Notes: generated by a model from the sequence alone, not told the origin. DNA of 64,000 nucleotides from Caecitellus pseudoparvulus (GCA_965644315.1 CBFFRQ010000030.1:496001-560000), one strand, 5' to 3'. Positions 1 to 15,000 are shown, counted from the stretch's first letter. Program-made: numbers and translations.

Positions 1-2
1 TG

Positions 3-3000
3 CCGGAGTGCGTGGACCAGTACGAGAATGTGGAGTTCAACTGGAGCCGCGCCATGTCCGGCATCGTGGAGCGCCCGACACTCATCGCGCTGGCGGACAA
101 CCCCGTCATCAAGGATGAGCTGGAGAAGGTGACGGCCCTGCTGGAGGACTTGCGGCACGCCGGCAGTGCTCTGCTGCAGCGCCTGCGGGAGGCCGTGCCG
201 CGGTTCTACGGTTTGTCTGACGCCCAGCTCGTGGCCCTGCTGACGACAGAGGCATGGTTCACGCATCCCCCGGCAGGTGCCCTCACCGCCATGTTTCCCG
301 GGGTGACTGCCTTCTTGACTTCCTCAGTGCCCACGCCGGCGGTGACGGAGGAGGCGCTGGTGGCCGAGTCCCTGGACCCTGCCACCATGACCGTCGCCCG
401 CCTGGGTGCTGGGCGCAAGAAGGCAGTCCCTGGCATGGACTCTGACTCTGGGTCAGATGTGGAGGGCGGCGCCCAGACTGCGGGGGACCCCTCTGGCCTG
501 GGCGCCATCGGGCACCACCGCTTCATCGTCGCAGTAGAGGCGGCGGATGGCCGAGTCGTGCCCCTGGTTCGAGCTGTGGACTTGCTGCCGCACGGAGGCG
601 AGGCGTGCAGCAGCGAGCTGTGGGCCGAGCTGGAGGCGACGCTGCAAGACTCAGTCCTGGCCTTCATCGCAGGCGCTGGGCACCACCACGCCACGGAGGT
701 GTCCATGCCTCTGGCTGCTTTGGCTGCCACGCCGCAACTCCCCTCACCCAGCGGCGTCCCCGACACTGACACCGCACAGCACACCTTGTGGGACTCGGTG
801 CGTCCCCGCCTGGCGCAGTGGGTGTCAGCGTGGCCACTGCAGGCGCAGCTTGTGGCTGTGTCTGCCGAGTGGACCGCCACGGTAGAGGCAGCCATGCTGG
901 AGACAGCCTTGGCAGCGGCACAGGCTGCTGTGCTGCCCGGCTCCGCAGCGGGCAAGCGCCAGGCGGGCAGCGGCTTTCAGGGCCGCTACCGGGGTGGGCG
1001 CTCGCTTCGCCCTGTGGGAGCCGAGTCAGCCACGGACACGGCGGTGCTGTCTGCCATGTCCGGCTGCACTGCCCCGCTGACCGCCCTTGTCGGCCTGCTG
1101 AACAAGCGCATTTCCTTGCTGAGCTCCATCGCACGGCAGGGGCAGGCCTGGGGCGGGCGGTGCCTCGCCCCTGCCGCCAACTTCACCGAATCGCCCCATG
1201 CACCAGGGCACACGGTCAGTGGCCCTGGCTCGGCACTTGCTACGCGCCTGTCAGTGCTCATTGGCTGGCACGTGCATGCACGTGACGTGACGGCCAGCCT
1301 CGCCGCCGCGTTCAAGACCACTGACTCCACCCTTGCCGTGGCCCTGATGCAGTTCGCGGCAACACAGCAGTTGGAGCTGCCCCTGTCTGCAATGCCGCCT
1401 CAGCTTGCCGCGGCGGCGGCTGCTGCGGCGGAGGAGGGTCGAGACTTGACGCCAGAGGAGGAGGAAGCCATCATCGTGGCGTGGGAGGAGCACGTAGACT
1501 CGGTGGTCACGCAGGTCGCGGCTGCCGGCGCCCAGCACCTGCTGGCGAGCAGTGCCTGGGGGCGCTGCATCAAGATGCACTGGCAGCTGGGGCGCCTGGG
1601 GCAGGACTGCCCCCATGTGCCCCTGCCTGAGGGTCACGAGGAGCAGGAGCAGCAAGGCGCGCCTCAGTACCCGTGGGCGTACTTGGAAGGGGGCTCACAC
1701 CCTCTGCACAGCCTGCTGGCCGAGGGCAGCGGCCACACGGGTCACTCCCGCACTGAGACGTACTTGACTCTCCTGCGCGCGCTGTCCACGGGGGATGCCG
1801 CTGCCATGAGTGTGCTGCAGTCTCGCCTGCACGCTGGGCGCTTCGGCGTGCTGACACAGCGGGCTGGGTCCGACGATGCCCCCGTCTTTTCCGGTGGCGA
1901 CTCAGCGTACAGGCGCACGACCACGGGGTGGTTCTGCAGTGTGGGCGTGGACAAGGCGCTTGACGCCATGGGCGGCCGAGCCACGTCAGGCACGCCCAAG
2001 GCGGCTGGGTACCACTCCCCCACTGCCCGGGAGTCCCGCTCGCGTATGGGGAGCCGGAGCGGCGGCCTGGCTGGGCGTCGTGGAGTGCCTCCTCGCAGTG
2101 GCGCCAAGCACTCCAAGTCCACTGCGCTGGCCGGCATCCGTGAGTTGGCGCTGCGTGTGTCTGTGGGGCACGTGCTGGCTCCCTATGGGTACGAGCTGCA
2201 GGGCGGCTCAGTGCCGGGTGCCGATGCGTGTGTCGTGACGCCCCTGTCAGACCGCGTCTGGCACGCCATGACAGCAGCCATGCGTTCCCACGCTGCCTAC
2301 GTCGCCGTGTCAGGGGCCACGCCGGAGGCAGGTGCCGCTGGCGAGGTGGCTGTGCGAGACCTGGCTGCGCTGTGTGGGCGCCGGCTGAACATGGTGGATG
2401 GCGCCGCCGTCGGCATTACTGGGCGCCCCCACGCGCTGCTGCGTAGCATGGCCGCAGAGGTGGGCTCTGGCGGCTGGTTCATGGTGGCCAACGCCCACAC
2501 CCTGCCGCTGAGCGTGCTGTCTGCCTTTGCACTGGCCGCCTCTGAAGTGCAGAAGGCCATCCTCGCACGCAAGGCCGGCGCCAACATCGGCGGCATGCCG
2601 GTGGTCGTGTCACCCTGGACAGCTTCCTTTGTGTCCCTGTCGCCCATCGCAGCGGGGAACGACCGCACCGCGTTGCCCCCTGCCCTGGCTTCCGCCTTCA
2701 GGCCTGTGGCTGTGCTGCCGCCGTCCCCCGAAGTGGAGGTGGCGGTGCGCCTTGCAGCGCGGGGGTTTGTCTTTGCTGCGCCCCTTGCGCAGCGCCTGCT
2801 GTCTACCCTGCGCAGTCTGCTGGTGTCCCTGCACATGCCCACCGCGCTGGCCTCGGCCCTGGCCGCGACGGGGCTCCTGTCCCTCTGCCTGCGTGTGGTG
2901 GATGGAGCAGCCCATGCGGCCACGGAGCTGGCTGAGAGCGAGGCGTGGTGCGACACCATGACCAAGGCCCTGGCGCCCCCCGTCCCCCGCAAGTCCAAGA

Positions 3001-6000
3001 AGGGCGCCCGACGCGCCAGGGCGGCGGCACGGGCGTCCCCAGCTGAGCAGCGCAGCCACGTCGCTGCCACTCGTCTGGCCATGCCCGTCGTGCTTCCACG
3101 CAGCTTCACGGCAGCTGAGGCACAGGCCGCTGGCGGTGACGGCAGCCTGGACCAGGACACCACCACCCAGCGGGACATGTTGGCCAGGGAGGTGGGTGGG
3201 GCGACCATGCCTGTGCGCGCACTCGCTGCGTTGGGCGAGACGCCCCTCGCCATGACGCAAGGCTTCTCTACTGCCGTGGCCCTGTCGGAAGTGCTGGCCC
3301 TGCACACCGCCATCACGCGCCTGCTGACGCCCGCCTTGCCTCTGACCGCCATCTCCGCACTGGACTCTGCTGTGCGGGACTCCCTGTCACACACGGACGC
3401 CCTGGACCTGGCCGCGGCGGTGGATGTGCCAGCCGACCCATCCGTCCCAGCCACCGCCGTGGAGTCTCTCCCCGCCGCGACGCTGCTGCACATGTGGACT
3501 GCGGGCCGGGAAGCCCTGCGCCGGGCGCGGGAGGGCAAGGTGTTCCAGGCGGCGGCCCTAGCAGCAACGGAAGCGTTGGGCCTGACGCCCACAGCCGCCT
3601 TGCTGTCTGCCGTCACTGCAGCCCGCGAGGCCATGGGGGCCAGCCGCACAGTCGCGCTGGTGGGCGGACCAGCCTCCGGCAAGACCACCGTCCTGCGTGT
3701 GCTGCAGCTGGCCCTCACGCTGCTGGCTGATGTCGGGGAGGGCGGCCCCGTCCATGACCTCAGCCTGCCCCTGCTGTCCCCAGGCCACGGCGTGTACGCT
3801 CGTGGCGCCCGCGGTGCGGCCTCTGGCCTCTCTGGCGTGCAGAGCTCCCACGCAGGCGTGACCCTCGCCGCCAACAGCGCATGGTGGACGTATGCCCAGA
3901 CGGCCCTGCACCGTGGCACTGCTCTGGGCGCCTGGGAGGATGTGCGGGAGCTGAAGCATGTTCTTGCCATGCGCGCTCAGGCGGGGGAGGACGACTCAGA
4001 CAGCCTGGACTCGGTGGATTCGGGCGCTGGGCGCGCGGAGGAGGCGCTGGCTGCGTCCCAGCAGAGCCATGCCCTCGCCTTGGAGCAGACGCTGCAGGCA
4101 CAGGCGCGCGTGGTGGAGGAGGAGCTGCTGGTGCCAGCGCCCCATGAGCTGCCCGTGGCGGTGGCGACGGTTTTCCCCCAGAGCGTGTCTTTGGAGGCAC
4201 TGGTGGGCAACAACGATGCCGCATCTGGGCAGTGGCGGGACGGCATTGTTACGTCCCTTCTGCGCGCAGCTTCGGACGGCACCGCTCGCGCCGTGCAGGC
4301 CATTCGCGACGACCACAAGCTCGGCTCTGAGCTGCGCAAGCTGGTCTCGTCAGCGCTGCTCGCACCCTCTGCGACGCATGCCCGGGGGCGCTGGCTGCAC
4401 GTGAACGGCTCAGCCGCTTCTGAGGCCGCACTGCAGGCTGCCCGTGGCCGAGTGGAGGACAGCGAGGGTGTGGCCCCCTTCAGCGGCTTGCCGGGGTACC
4501 TGCAGCGGCAGTGGCTGGTGTTGGATGGGCACGTCGCGGGCGCTATGGGGGACGCCCTGGCTCCCCTGCTGTCGTCTGCCACGGCACCAGGGCAAGTGCC
4601 GGTGCTGGGAGACGGCTCGCGCCTGCTGCCGCCCCCCACCATGACGGTGTGGTGTGAGACGCCCACCTTGGCGCACGCCTCCCCCACGGCCCTCACCTCC
4701 ACTGCCATTGTCGCCTGCGAGGCCGCTCGCACTCCTTGGCAGGCCCTCGTGCACTCCTGGCTCAAGCACAGACTGCCCTTGGTGGCTGCAGCAGCGCTGG
4801 CAGGGGCGGAGGCGGGGGAGGGCCCTGGGCCCGGTGGCGTTGGCATCGGCTCCTCTCACCTGGATGACGTCGCCCGACATGTAGGTGTTTTTGCAGAGAT
4901 GCTGGAGTGGCTGGTTGGCCCCGCGCTGAATGTGCTGGCTGTGCTGGGGGCGGCAGCCACCACCTCTGCTGCAGCCTCTGCGGCGGGGAGCTTTAAACAG
5001 ACCAGGGCAGCTGCAGCCGCCCACCTGGACGGGGCAGGTACGCGGAGCACAGGCACCAGCGGCCGTTCCGCCGCACAGCAGAGCCAGCCGCCAGGGGCCT
5101 ACCTGCCCGGCTCCCACTTGAACGCGCTGGCCATCGTTGGGCAGTTGCTCAACGTGGTGGAGGGCCTGATTGTGGACCACATCGGGGCTTGTGCCATGGC
5201 GCGCCGCAACGTTGGGGCAGCGGCAGAGGCTGCCGCAGCGGCCGTCTTTGGCAGCGACGGTGACAAGCCCACACATGACGGGCCGCCTCTGGTGACCATG
5301 CCCAACGCCGCGCGCACAGCGGCGTCCCTGACGTGTGTGGGCGCCAACCCCGCAGCTGCTGTGCGCTCCACAGCGACAGTTCTGGGCGCTGTGGCCACTG
5401 CGCCGCCCCTGGCGTCCCATGCAGCGCTGCAAGCGGCTGGGGACCGCTTTGCAGTGTTGCTGCACGCCCATGACTCAGCAGAGGCGAACGCCGATGCTCA
5501 AGCAGCTGCCCTGGCCGCGGGCAAGGCGGGGGAGGACCCTGCGGCGCAGGCTGCTGCACGTGCACAGAGTGGCAGCAAGTACACACCAGGAGTGTCGCCA
5601 CGCCATCGCCTGGCACCTGGCGTGTCCCGCTCCCACGCGGTGCGATCCGACCTGGTCCAGCGCCACCTCGTGGATGCGTCCACTGTCCTGCAGAACGTGG
5701 CTGAGGACTCCAAGGCGGCAGTGCGGCACCTTGCTGAGAATGCCCACTCAGGAGCCTCCGCCACGCCCCTGCCCAGCAAGGCTCAGGAGGCAGAGCTGGA
5801 AGGGTGGGTGGAGGCGGCTGTCGTGTACGCGTTGATCTGGACGGTGGGAGGGTTGCTGAACGCGGAAGGACGCAGCCGCTTCGATGCGTGGTTGCGCGGC
5901 GTGCTGGCAGGCACAGACAGCCACACCTTTGCCCACCGACGGTTCCCGGGCGGCTCCAAACCGGGTGTCAGTCTGGGCGCCCAGGCTCCTGGAGTCATTG

Positions 6001-9000
6001 CTGACGCAGACTTGCTGGATGGGTCCTTCCTGGTGGGGCGGGACTCACACGGCGTGGGAGCGGACACCACCGCCCTCGCCGCCGTTCTTGAGAAGGGGGC
6101 GTACGAGGATGAGGATGGGGCGGCTCCGACGCCAGGAGCATCTCCTCGTGCATCCACCATGCACACGGCAGTCTCCTTCATTCACAGGAGCAATGCCTCA
6201 GGCTCTGTTCGGGCAGCCGCCACCAGCCACCGCCGCAAAGTCAAAATCCCACTGCCTGCCGAGGGCAGCGTCTTCGACTACTGCTTGGATTCCTTCCTGA
6301 CTGCTGAGAACGGGCGACGCCTGACGTTGTCTGGGCAGCTGGCGGATGCACGTGGCCTGGAGACGCTGTTCGGGGGCACCCTCACCTTGGGCGCTGCTCT
6401 GGAGCGCAAGAGCGTGTGGGTGCCGTGGGCAGAGCAGGTCCCCCATGTGCCGCTGGCGCCCCACGCTGGAGCCTCCATCACCCAGTGCCTCGTGCCCACT
6501 GTGGAGACGGTGCGAGTCAGCCACTGGGTGCGATCCGGCATCGCTCACGGCCGCAACGTCTTCCTGGTGGGCCCCATGGACGCCGGCAAGCGCTCGCTGC
6601 TGGCCAGTCTCATCGCCCGCGAGACGGCGGATGTGAGGCAGCTGGGCGCCGCGCTGTACGTGCCGCGCAACCCCGAGGCACGGCACGACGCAGACGACAC
6701 CATGCCGCTTCCCGAAGCCGTGGAGAACGTGGGTCGGGGCTCGGATGGCCCCCGCAACACCATCGGCGACACGTCCCAGGCCGTCGTCGGCAACGTGCGC
6801 ATGGGGGACGGCATCTTCTCCCTCGCCATCACGGCCACGCCCACCACCACCGCTTCCTCCTTGCTGGACACCCTGCAGGCGCTTCTGCCGGCGCAGATGC
6901 AGCGGCAGGCTGGCCTGGGCGGCGGCACAGCGCCCGAACCAGCCAGCGGCCTGCGCTCCGCCAGGGGCGGGCAGGGGGGCCCCGGGGCGGTGACTGCGGC
7001 CGACGGCGACGGCGAGTCGCACATGTGCCCAGCTGACCTGCTCGATGACGTCACACTGGGCGCGCGCAGCGTCGTGGTCCCAGGGGGATACGCAGGGCAG
7101 CACCGTGCGTCACTGGGCCCTGCGCCTCCCTCTCATGCCGTCAGGCGCCTGGTGGTGACCGTGGATGACATGAACTTGGTGGCCGACACCACCGGCATGT
7201 CCAGCGCCATGGGCATCACCTGGACAGCCAAGGGAGGCTGGTTGCCCTCCTCCACCGTGGCCAAGGAAGCGGACGCCCCTCCCCACATCGCCGCGCGTGT
7301 GCTGCGCCGCCACGTCGCGCGCAAGGGCGCAGCGCGGGACACTGTCGTGGACAGTGGCACCTTTGGGGGGGCACTCACCGCTGCTGCTGGGCACGTACTG
7401 AGCTCTGCCCCTGAAGCAGCGGCACCACCCCACGCCTTGGCCGGCAACAGCGTCCTGGAGCTGCTGCGCTGCATCATGTCCACACAGGGATACACGTCCT
7501 TCCGCAAGCACGACCTGGGAGCGGCTACGGCGGCGGGGCAGGCTGGTCTCTGGCACGGCACTGCCACGCAGCCCTGGCTGCACGGCGAAGGCTCCCCCTT
7601 TGCTGCGCCAGCGCACTTGACAGCGGTTCCTGGAGCTTCCTCTGGGCCCGCGACGCCTCCTGGCATGGCGATCGCTCCCCACCCGGTGTTCAATCCCCTG
7701 CCACGCCCTGTGGTGGTGGGCACGGTGCAAGTGGGCGGCAGCCGGGAGGCGGGTTGGGCCACTGGTGCCATCCTGCCGACACGCCTGCTCCCGCATGCAC
7801 ACCTTATTGGTGTGCCTTCCCCTGACGCTACCACAGTTGCATCCATCATGGGCGCCAAACTGCACACGCACTTCCACTCGCACCTCTCAGCTGTTGCTGA
7901 GTTGCCTGCAGTGGCCAGCGCAGTGCTGCGGCGATACAAACACATCGTCACAGGGACAGTGGGTCTGTGGAGCGACCTGCAGGCGTCCCTACCTGCCTCC
8001 CCTGCACGGCCGCAGTACACCTGGTTCCTACAGGACGCCCTGCGAGTGATCGAAGGTGTCATGCTGCTGCCGCCGCCAACGCGGCACACCCTGGGCCTTC
8101 CGCCTCCACTGGCGGAGTCCAGGCCGGCTGCCGCAACGCCTGGTGCCTCCTCTGAGGGGGGCGGCGACGAAGCCAAACAGAGCGCCGAGGCTGCCCAGCG
8201 GGCGGCGCAGTTGGCTGCCGACTTGGCCGTGGAGGTGAGTACAGCAGAGTACGAAGACACCCTTCTGCGACTGTGGGTGCATGACGTGTGGCGGTACTTT
8301 GGCGGGCGCCTGGTTTCAGAGGGCGACAAGGGCGTGCTGTTGTCCCTGCTGCGTCGCGCGGTGTCCTCCCACATGGGCCTGTCCATGGACCGCCTCTTGC
8401 AGCCGTTGGTGATGGTGGACGAGACGCCTGCTGGCTTGGCTCTGCTCGGCCACCTGGACAGCACAGACGTCGACGGCGTGCGACAGGAAGACCTGCTGAA
8501 CCCGTGGGAGTTGCTGGAAGTGCTGCGGGAGGATGGCAGCGAGGACAGTGCCAAAGCTGCTCACACTGCGTCCTTTGCGAAGCTCGCGGTGCTGAGCGCC
8601 TTGCGACGGGACGACGGCGAGTCAGGTGACGTCGCGGACGTTGAACTCAGCGTGTCTCCCGTGCTGTCCACCACCATGGCCGATGCGGAAGCCGCTGGTG
8701 TCTTGGCTGTGGCGCCACCCGGAGTTTCCGAGGAGGGCGACCTGGGCCGGGCCCCCATGTCCATGTCCCACGCCAACCTCGCGCACGGCTCGTCCTTCCG
8801 CTCACGCCGGCGCCAGACCACCGGCACCCGCAAAGTCACCCCCCTCGTCATGGACCAGCTGCTCTTCGGCGGCTACGAGCCCGCCCTGGTCTCTGCACTG
8901 CGCCTGGAGGACATCGCGGCGGTGGTGGCCAGTCGTGCTAGGGTGCAGGCAGCCCTCAGGCGCCGCGGCAGTGGTGGCGGGGCTGGCACGGATACGGAGA

Positions 9001-12000
9001 CTGCGTCCCTGGCGTCGGATGCCACAGGCCCAGGGAGCGCGCCTGCGGCTGCGAACGTCGCCAAGGGCCGCTCCATGGGCTTGGCAGGCGTAGTCCTCGC
9101 ACCTGGCGGCGCTGACCGGGACGCTGACGAGGAAGAGGAGCCGGCGGAGCTGCTGGCTTCCTTCGCTCCCACTGGTCCCTTGCCTGTGCCGCTGGATGTG
9201 CTGCAGACTTTCGCCACGACGTTCAAGGACCAGGCGACCTTCACCCTGGCCATGAAGCGCATCATGGAGAGCCGGTCAGGTGCTGACGTGGAAGATGCAC
9301 GGGAGGATGCCATCAGTGCCTTGCTGCCGCCCCACCGCCACCTGCTGCTGTCGCCGCGCCAAGTTGCCGCGCTGGCGACAGAAGTGGCCCTGGCGGAGCA
9401 CAACCGCCTGGCATCCCACCCCATGTCCATGGTCATCACGTCGCACACCGTGGACCACGTGTCCGCCATCGCTCACGCGCTGCGGCGGCCGCAGGGTCAC
9501 GTGCTGCTGGTGGGCCCACAGGGCTCTGGGCGCCGCAGTATGGCCAGGCTGGCTGCACACATGGTCGGTTTCGACGTCGCCAACATGGACGTGGACGTTC
9601 TGCGGTACACTTACGACGACTGGCTCAGTGACCTGAAGGACATCCTCCGCAAGACCGGCGTGGATGGCCGGCCACTGGCTCTGCTGGTCAGTGCTGACCA
9701 GGTGTCGCCCCTGCAGAGTATCTTGGCCGACATCCACGTGCTCATGACGACGGGGGCAGCCCAGCACTTGTTCTCCCAGGGTGAGATCGCTGCCATTTGT
9801 GAGCAGCTCAGGTACGCTGCCACGCTTGAGTTGCACGAGGCGAGTGAGACGCCCGAGCTGCCACGACAGGCTCTCTCTGGGCACGCTGCAGACAAGGCTT
9901 CTGCAGCGCAGGCTTCAGCAGCAGGTCTCGTTGGCCTCACGCCTGTGGCTGAGGAGGCGGGCGAGGGCAGCGCAGGTGGGGTCCCCTCCGCCCTGCCGCA
10001 CCGCATGGATGTCCCCGCGCCACAGGGCAACGGGGAAATCAGCACGACACAAGTGTTGCATTTCTTCCAGTCCCGCGTGTTGGCCAACCTGCGCATCATC
10101 ATCACCGCTTCCGACGATCCCTCCTCTGCACACGGGGCCGGCGAGAGTGACTCTGCTCAGATCGCAGACTTGGATGTGCGGGCATCCACTTCGCCTGAAG
10201 CAGCGAACGCCGCGGCCCTGCTGGCTTCCAACACAGCTGCCTCATCCCTCGCACAGATGTTCAGACTGTACCCAGCCATGTCCACGCGGTCCACTTGCAT
10301 CGTCTGCACACCCTGGTCCGACGCGTCCCTGCGGGTGGTGGCGCGAACGCACCTGAACTCCACCATCACTGACTGCACACCCAGCAGAGCTGTGGACGTG
10401 CTCGCCCGGGTGTACGAACACACCGACCTGCCCCGCTTGTTGGGGCGGCCAGTCGTTGAGGGTGACTTGGACGCTGACGCTGCAGAGATGCTGGCGCCTG
10501 CTATCACTGGCTTGCCAACTTTGGACGCTGGGCTGTGTGCGCGGGAGGCGCTGAAGGGCCGCATGGTGGCCCCATCTGGTGACACACTGGCGCCCGTGTC
10601 CAGCGCTGCCGACGTGCTGAAGGCCACGCCCCGCATTACATCCAAGTCACTGTCGGCAGCCCTTGCTGCCAGCCTGGCAGTGTCACCCCAGCCAAGCAGC
10701 GTGGTGGAGATGCAGCGCCGTGTGGTGGCCAGAGTGGCCGGCCTGTGTGCCTTCATGCACCGTGTCGCTGAGGTGGAGGCGGCCACGACGCTGCTTCCAG
10801 AGGCGGCCGAGGCTGGCATCATGCCCGTGTCAGTGCTCCCTGCCACTTTCATCCACTTCGTCACGACCTTCCGCCGGCTGCTGAGCAGCAAGGGCGAGGA
10901 GGCCCGTGCCAAGCGGGAGCGGTACTTGAAGGGCATCGCCCAGTTGGAGGCCACGGCCGCCAGTGTGACGGCCATGTCCCAGCAGCTGCAGCAGATGAAG
11001 CCCATGCTGGCGCAGAACGCAAAGGACACGGAGGCCATGATGGCTCAAGTGGACGTGGAGACGAAGGATGTCGAGCGCATGCGGGCGGCGCTGGCCAAGG
11101 AGGAGGCTGAGGCGGAGGCCAAGGCTGCCGCGGCCCAGGCTCTGAAGGAGGAGTGCGAGGCGGATCTGGCCACCGCCATGCCTGCCATGGAGCGCGCCCT
11201 GGCCGCCGTGCGGGGGCTGCGCAAGGCTGACATCACGGAGGTGAAGGCCATGAACAACCCGCCAGATGGCGTGAAGGTGGTCATGCAGGTGGTGTGCATC
11301 ATGATGGCGGTGGAGCCGCGCAAGGTCCCCGACCCGACGCCCACGAACCCGGGCAACACCAAGGCAGACTACTGGCAGCCTGCTCAGCGGTACTTGTTGG
11401 GGGACGTGAACTTCATCCAGCGCATCATCGACTACAAGACGGACGCCATCCCCCAGCGCATCATCGACACCATCGAGCCCATCACGCGGTCAGACCGCTT
11501 CTCCAAAACTGCCCTGTCCAACGCCTCTGTGGCTGCTGACGGCATCGGCGAGTGGGTCAAGGCGGTGATTGAGTACCACTACGCCCTGAAGGTCGTGCTG
11601 CCCAAGCGGGAGCGCTTGCGGCAGGCGGAAGAGGAGTACCAGCGCCTCATGCGCTCCTTGCGAGCAAAGCAGGAGGAGCTGCGGGCGCTGGAGGCTCGCC
11701 TGGACGCCCTGGCGGCCCGCCTGCGTGAGATGCAGGCCCGCAAGGCCCAGCTGGAGGCCAGCGTCGCGACGGCCAACGCCAAGCTGCAGCGAGCCAAGGC
11801 TGTCATGGCGGGCCTGGGCGGCGAGGCGAAGCGCTGGGCGTTCGAGGCTGCCCGCATCGAGGCAGCACGCCAGTGCATCCTGGGCAACATGTTGCTGGCG
11901 GCAGGCTACGTGGTGTACCTGGGCGCCTTCAGCCCAGCGTCACGCAGCCGCATCTTGGCTGCGTGGACGGCGGCGGTGGACAAGGTGGGCATCGGGCGCT

Positions 12001-15000
12001 CCGGTGCGACGCCGCCGGGTGGAGAGCTCATGCTCACGGCGGCCTTCCGCCCTCTGCAGCTGAACCCTGCCGATGCGGCCGAGGCGGTGGCCAGCATCAA
12101 CTCCAGCATGGCAGAAGCAGAGGCGGCAGTGGGCGGCGAGGAAGGCGGCGAAGGGGGTGCCCAGCGCACCGTGTCCGCCTCCACGCCCAAGTTGTCCATG
12201 GAGGTGGACGTCTTTGGGCTTGCGGATGGCGGCGTGATGGAGGCATTCGCCATAGGCATGACGGGCGCTACTGTTCCTGAGCGTGTGGTGGCGGCCATGC
12301 CTGGCTCTTTCGCCGTGTCCCCCACGTCAGATAGTGACAGCATCGACAGCGGCAGCGAGCGGGGCGGCAGCAAGGAGTATGCGCCGTTCACCCTTGCAGG
12401 GGCGCTGGGCGACTCTGTGCAGCTGCGGGCTTGGCAGCTGGCAGGTCTGCCGCCAGACTCGCTGTCCATCGACAACGGCCTCATCATCATCAACACCAAG
12501 CGCTGGCCGCTGATCATCGACCCAGGCAAGCAGGCCGTCGCGTGGATCCGCGCTGTGGAGCGAGAGACGGGCTTGGTCACCTCCCACATTAACGCCCCCG
12601 ACATCACCACCCGCATCCACGACTGCATCCGCGACGGCAAGCCTCTGCTGCTGGTGTTGGGCGCCTCGTCGGGCCACGTGTCTGGGGGCGGTAAGTCGGG
12701 GCTCACCCTTCCGCCTTGGCTAGACAGCATCCTGCTCATGCAGAAGTACGTCAAGGACGGCAAGCGCTACGTGAAGTTCAGGGACCAGCTCGTCCCGTAC
12801 AACCCCGGCTTCAGGCTGTATCTGGTTACGTCCGAGACACGCCCCAACATCCCCTCCAGCGTGCAGACCAAGACCAGCATCGTCACCTTCTCCCCCACGT
12901 GGAAGGGCGTCTCGCAACAGCTGCTGAACACAGCCATGGCGCGGCTGCACCCGTCTTTGGAGGATGAGCGCATCCGGCTCGTCGTCGCGGCTGCCGCCAA
13001 CCGTGCCCAGCTGCGCAGCATCGAAGATAAAATCCTGCGCCTGCTGGCTACTGCCAGTGCCGAGGACGCCAAGGCTGCCGCCCGGGGAGATAGCGGCCAG
13101 TCCCTCGCGTCTGACTTGAAGATGAGCACGCTGCTGGAGGATGGCACGGCCGTGGAGACGCTGACCAAGAGCCAGGAGTTGGCGGCCAGCCTGCAGGCGA
13201 AGCAGACTGGCACCATCCGCCTGGCAGCCACCATCGGAGCAGTGAGGCGAGTGTACGGGCTGCTGGCTGCCGTGGGCAGCGTGTGCTACTTCTCCGCTGC
13301 CCAGCTGCGTGCCCTCAGCCGCATGTACGCATACGGCTTGGGTTGGTTCCGGGACATGTTCGAGGCAGCCATCGGAAGCATGCAGCCAGTTGTGCATGTT
13401 ACGCAGCTGTTGGAGGAGTATGACGCGTTGTTTGGGGAGGATGAGGAGGAAGCAGAGGCGGAGAGCACGCTGGATGCAGGTGCCCCTCCCGCCGCACGGG
13501 GCGCGGGGGACCAGTTCGATGCCGGCAGCAGCCGGTCTGCCAGCGACGTCCGTGTGACTGCCGTGAAGGACGGGCATGCGCTGTTTGCACGGCACATCCT
13601 CGCCGACGCGACCGGCGTGTCCCAGCGCCTGTCCGACATCTGCGAAAGCGTCATCACAGCCACGCTGCGCCAGGTGAGCCTGGGGTCACACGCGCCTCAC
13701 CACCACGTCTTCGCGTGGACACTTATGTCCCAGGTGCTGCAGTTGTCGTCCCAGGCCTCCACCATGCTGCCCGGTATGCCTCGCGAAGTGCGACCTGCCT
13801 TGGGCACGTTGCAGTCGGCGTCAGGCTTGGCCACGGCGGAGGCGGAGGAGGTGGGAGGCTTCTCATCCGCCTCGCAAGTGCAGCTGCCTAAGGTGCGCAC
13901 GCAGGCTCCATCGAGCATTCTCCAGGGAGACAGTGTGCAGGCACTGTCCCTGCTGCACCAGATGATGACACGCGTGTGGCGTGCCGTCATCACGGGCAAG
14001 AGCCGATCAGCCAGCAGCTCCCTGGGCCCCACGCGGGCAAGCAGCATGCAGAACATGGCTGACCAGCTGTCGGGCAAGGGCGGTGGCCCGGCTCGCTTTT
14101 CTTCATTCAGGTCAGTCTCTGGGCTGACGGGCGACACGCGCGTGTCCCAGACGCCGTTGGACGCCGACGTCTTGGCCCTGTTGCAGACATACCAGCCTGT
14201 CCTGCGCATTTCCAGGCCCGCTTGGATTCCCACCGGCGCCTGGAGGACGCTGACTGCCTTGGCCCGAGTGGGCATGACGACACTTGTGCGGGTGGCGCGT
14301 CTGTTCTGCGGCATTCGGCAGCGACACCTGCTTCAGCAGCAGGACGCCCCCATGCCGCCGTCTTCTATCCCGCCCGTGCTGGTGACTGTGGCCACAGCTG
14401 CCCGCGCCTTGGCCACGCTGCCTGTGACGGCTCAAGAGGAGGGGGTGCAGCTGCCTTTCCGGTGCCAGGCGGCACCCGGCAACGTGCCATCATCAGCCAC
14501 CGCTGAGCCGCACCTGGCGAGCCTGGCAGAGGCGCTGCTTCTGCCCATGGTGTCGTCTGTCACGCGGGAGCAGGCCGAGCAGGACTTTGCGGAGCAGGCC
14601 TCCCCCGCCGGCCGCGCGGCGGCGGCCAGGGGCGAAGCTCGCAGCGGCCTGGGCACCACCCTCGCCTTCCCCGGCATGTTGAGCGGGCAGCGCGCCACTT
14701 GGTCGGCCTTTGCGCACGACCCAGATTGTGCAGAGGACTGCATGTCTGTGCCTCAGGGCGACTGGTTGCACCTGTTCCTGGCAGGCATGGCTGTGGGTGC
14801 CACGGGCGGCGTCTTGCATGGGCCGGCTGTCACGGTGCTGGACCATGTGCTGGGCGCCGCTGTGGTGCCCATGCTGCCCAAGGAGGACAACGTCGGGGAG
14901 ACGGGTGTTGTGGGAGCGTCCTTCACCTGCCCCGTCAACGCCCACGACCCGGTGAGCGTGGAGATGAAGCGGGCTGCCAGCCACGCCACCATGTCGCACG

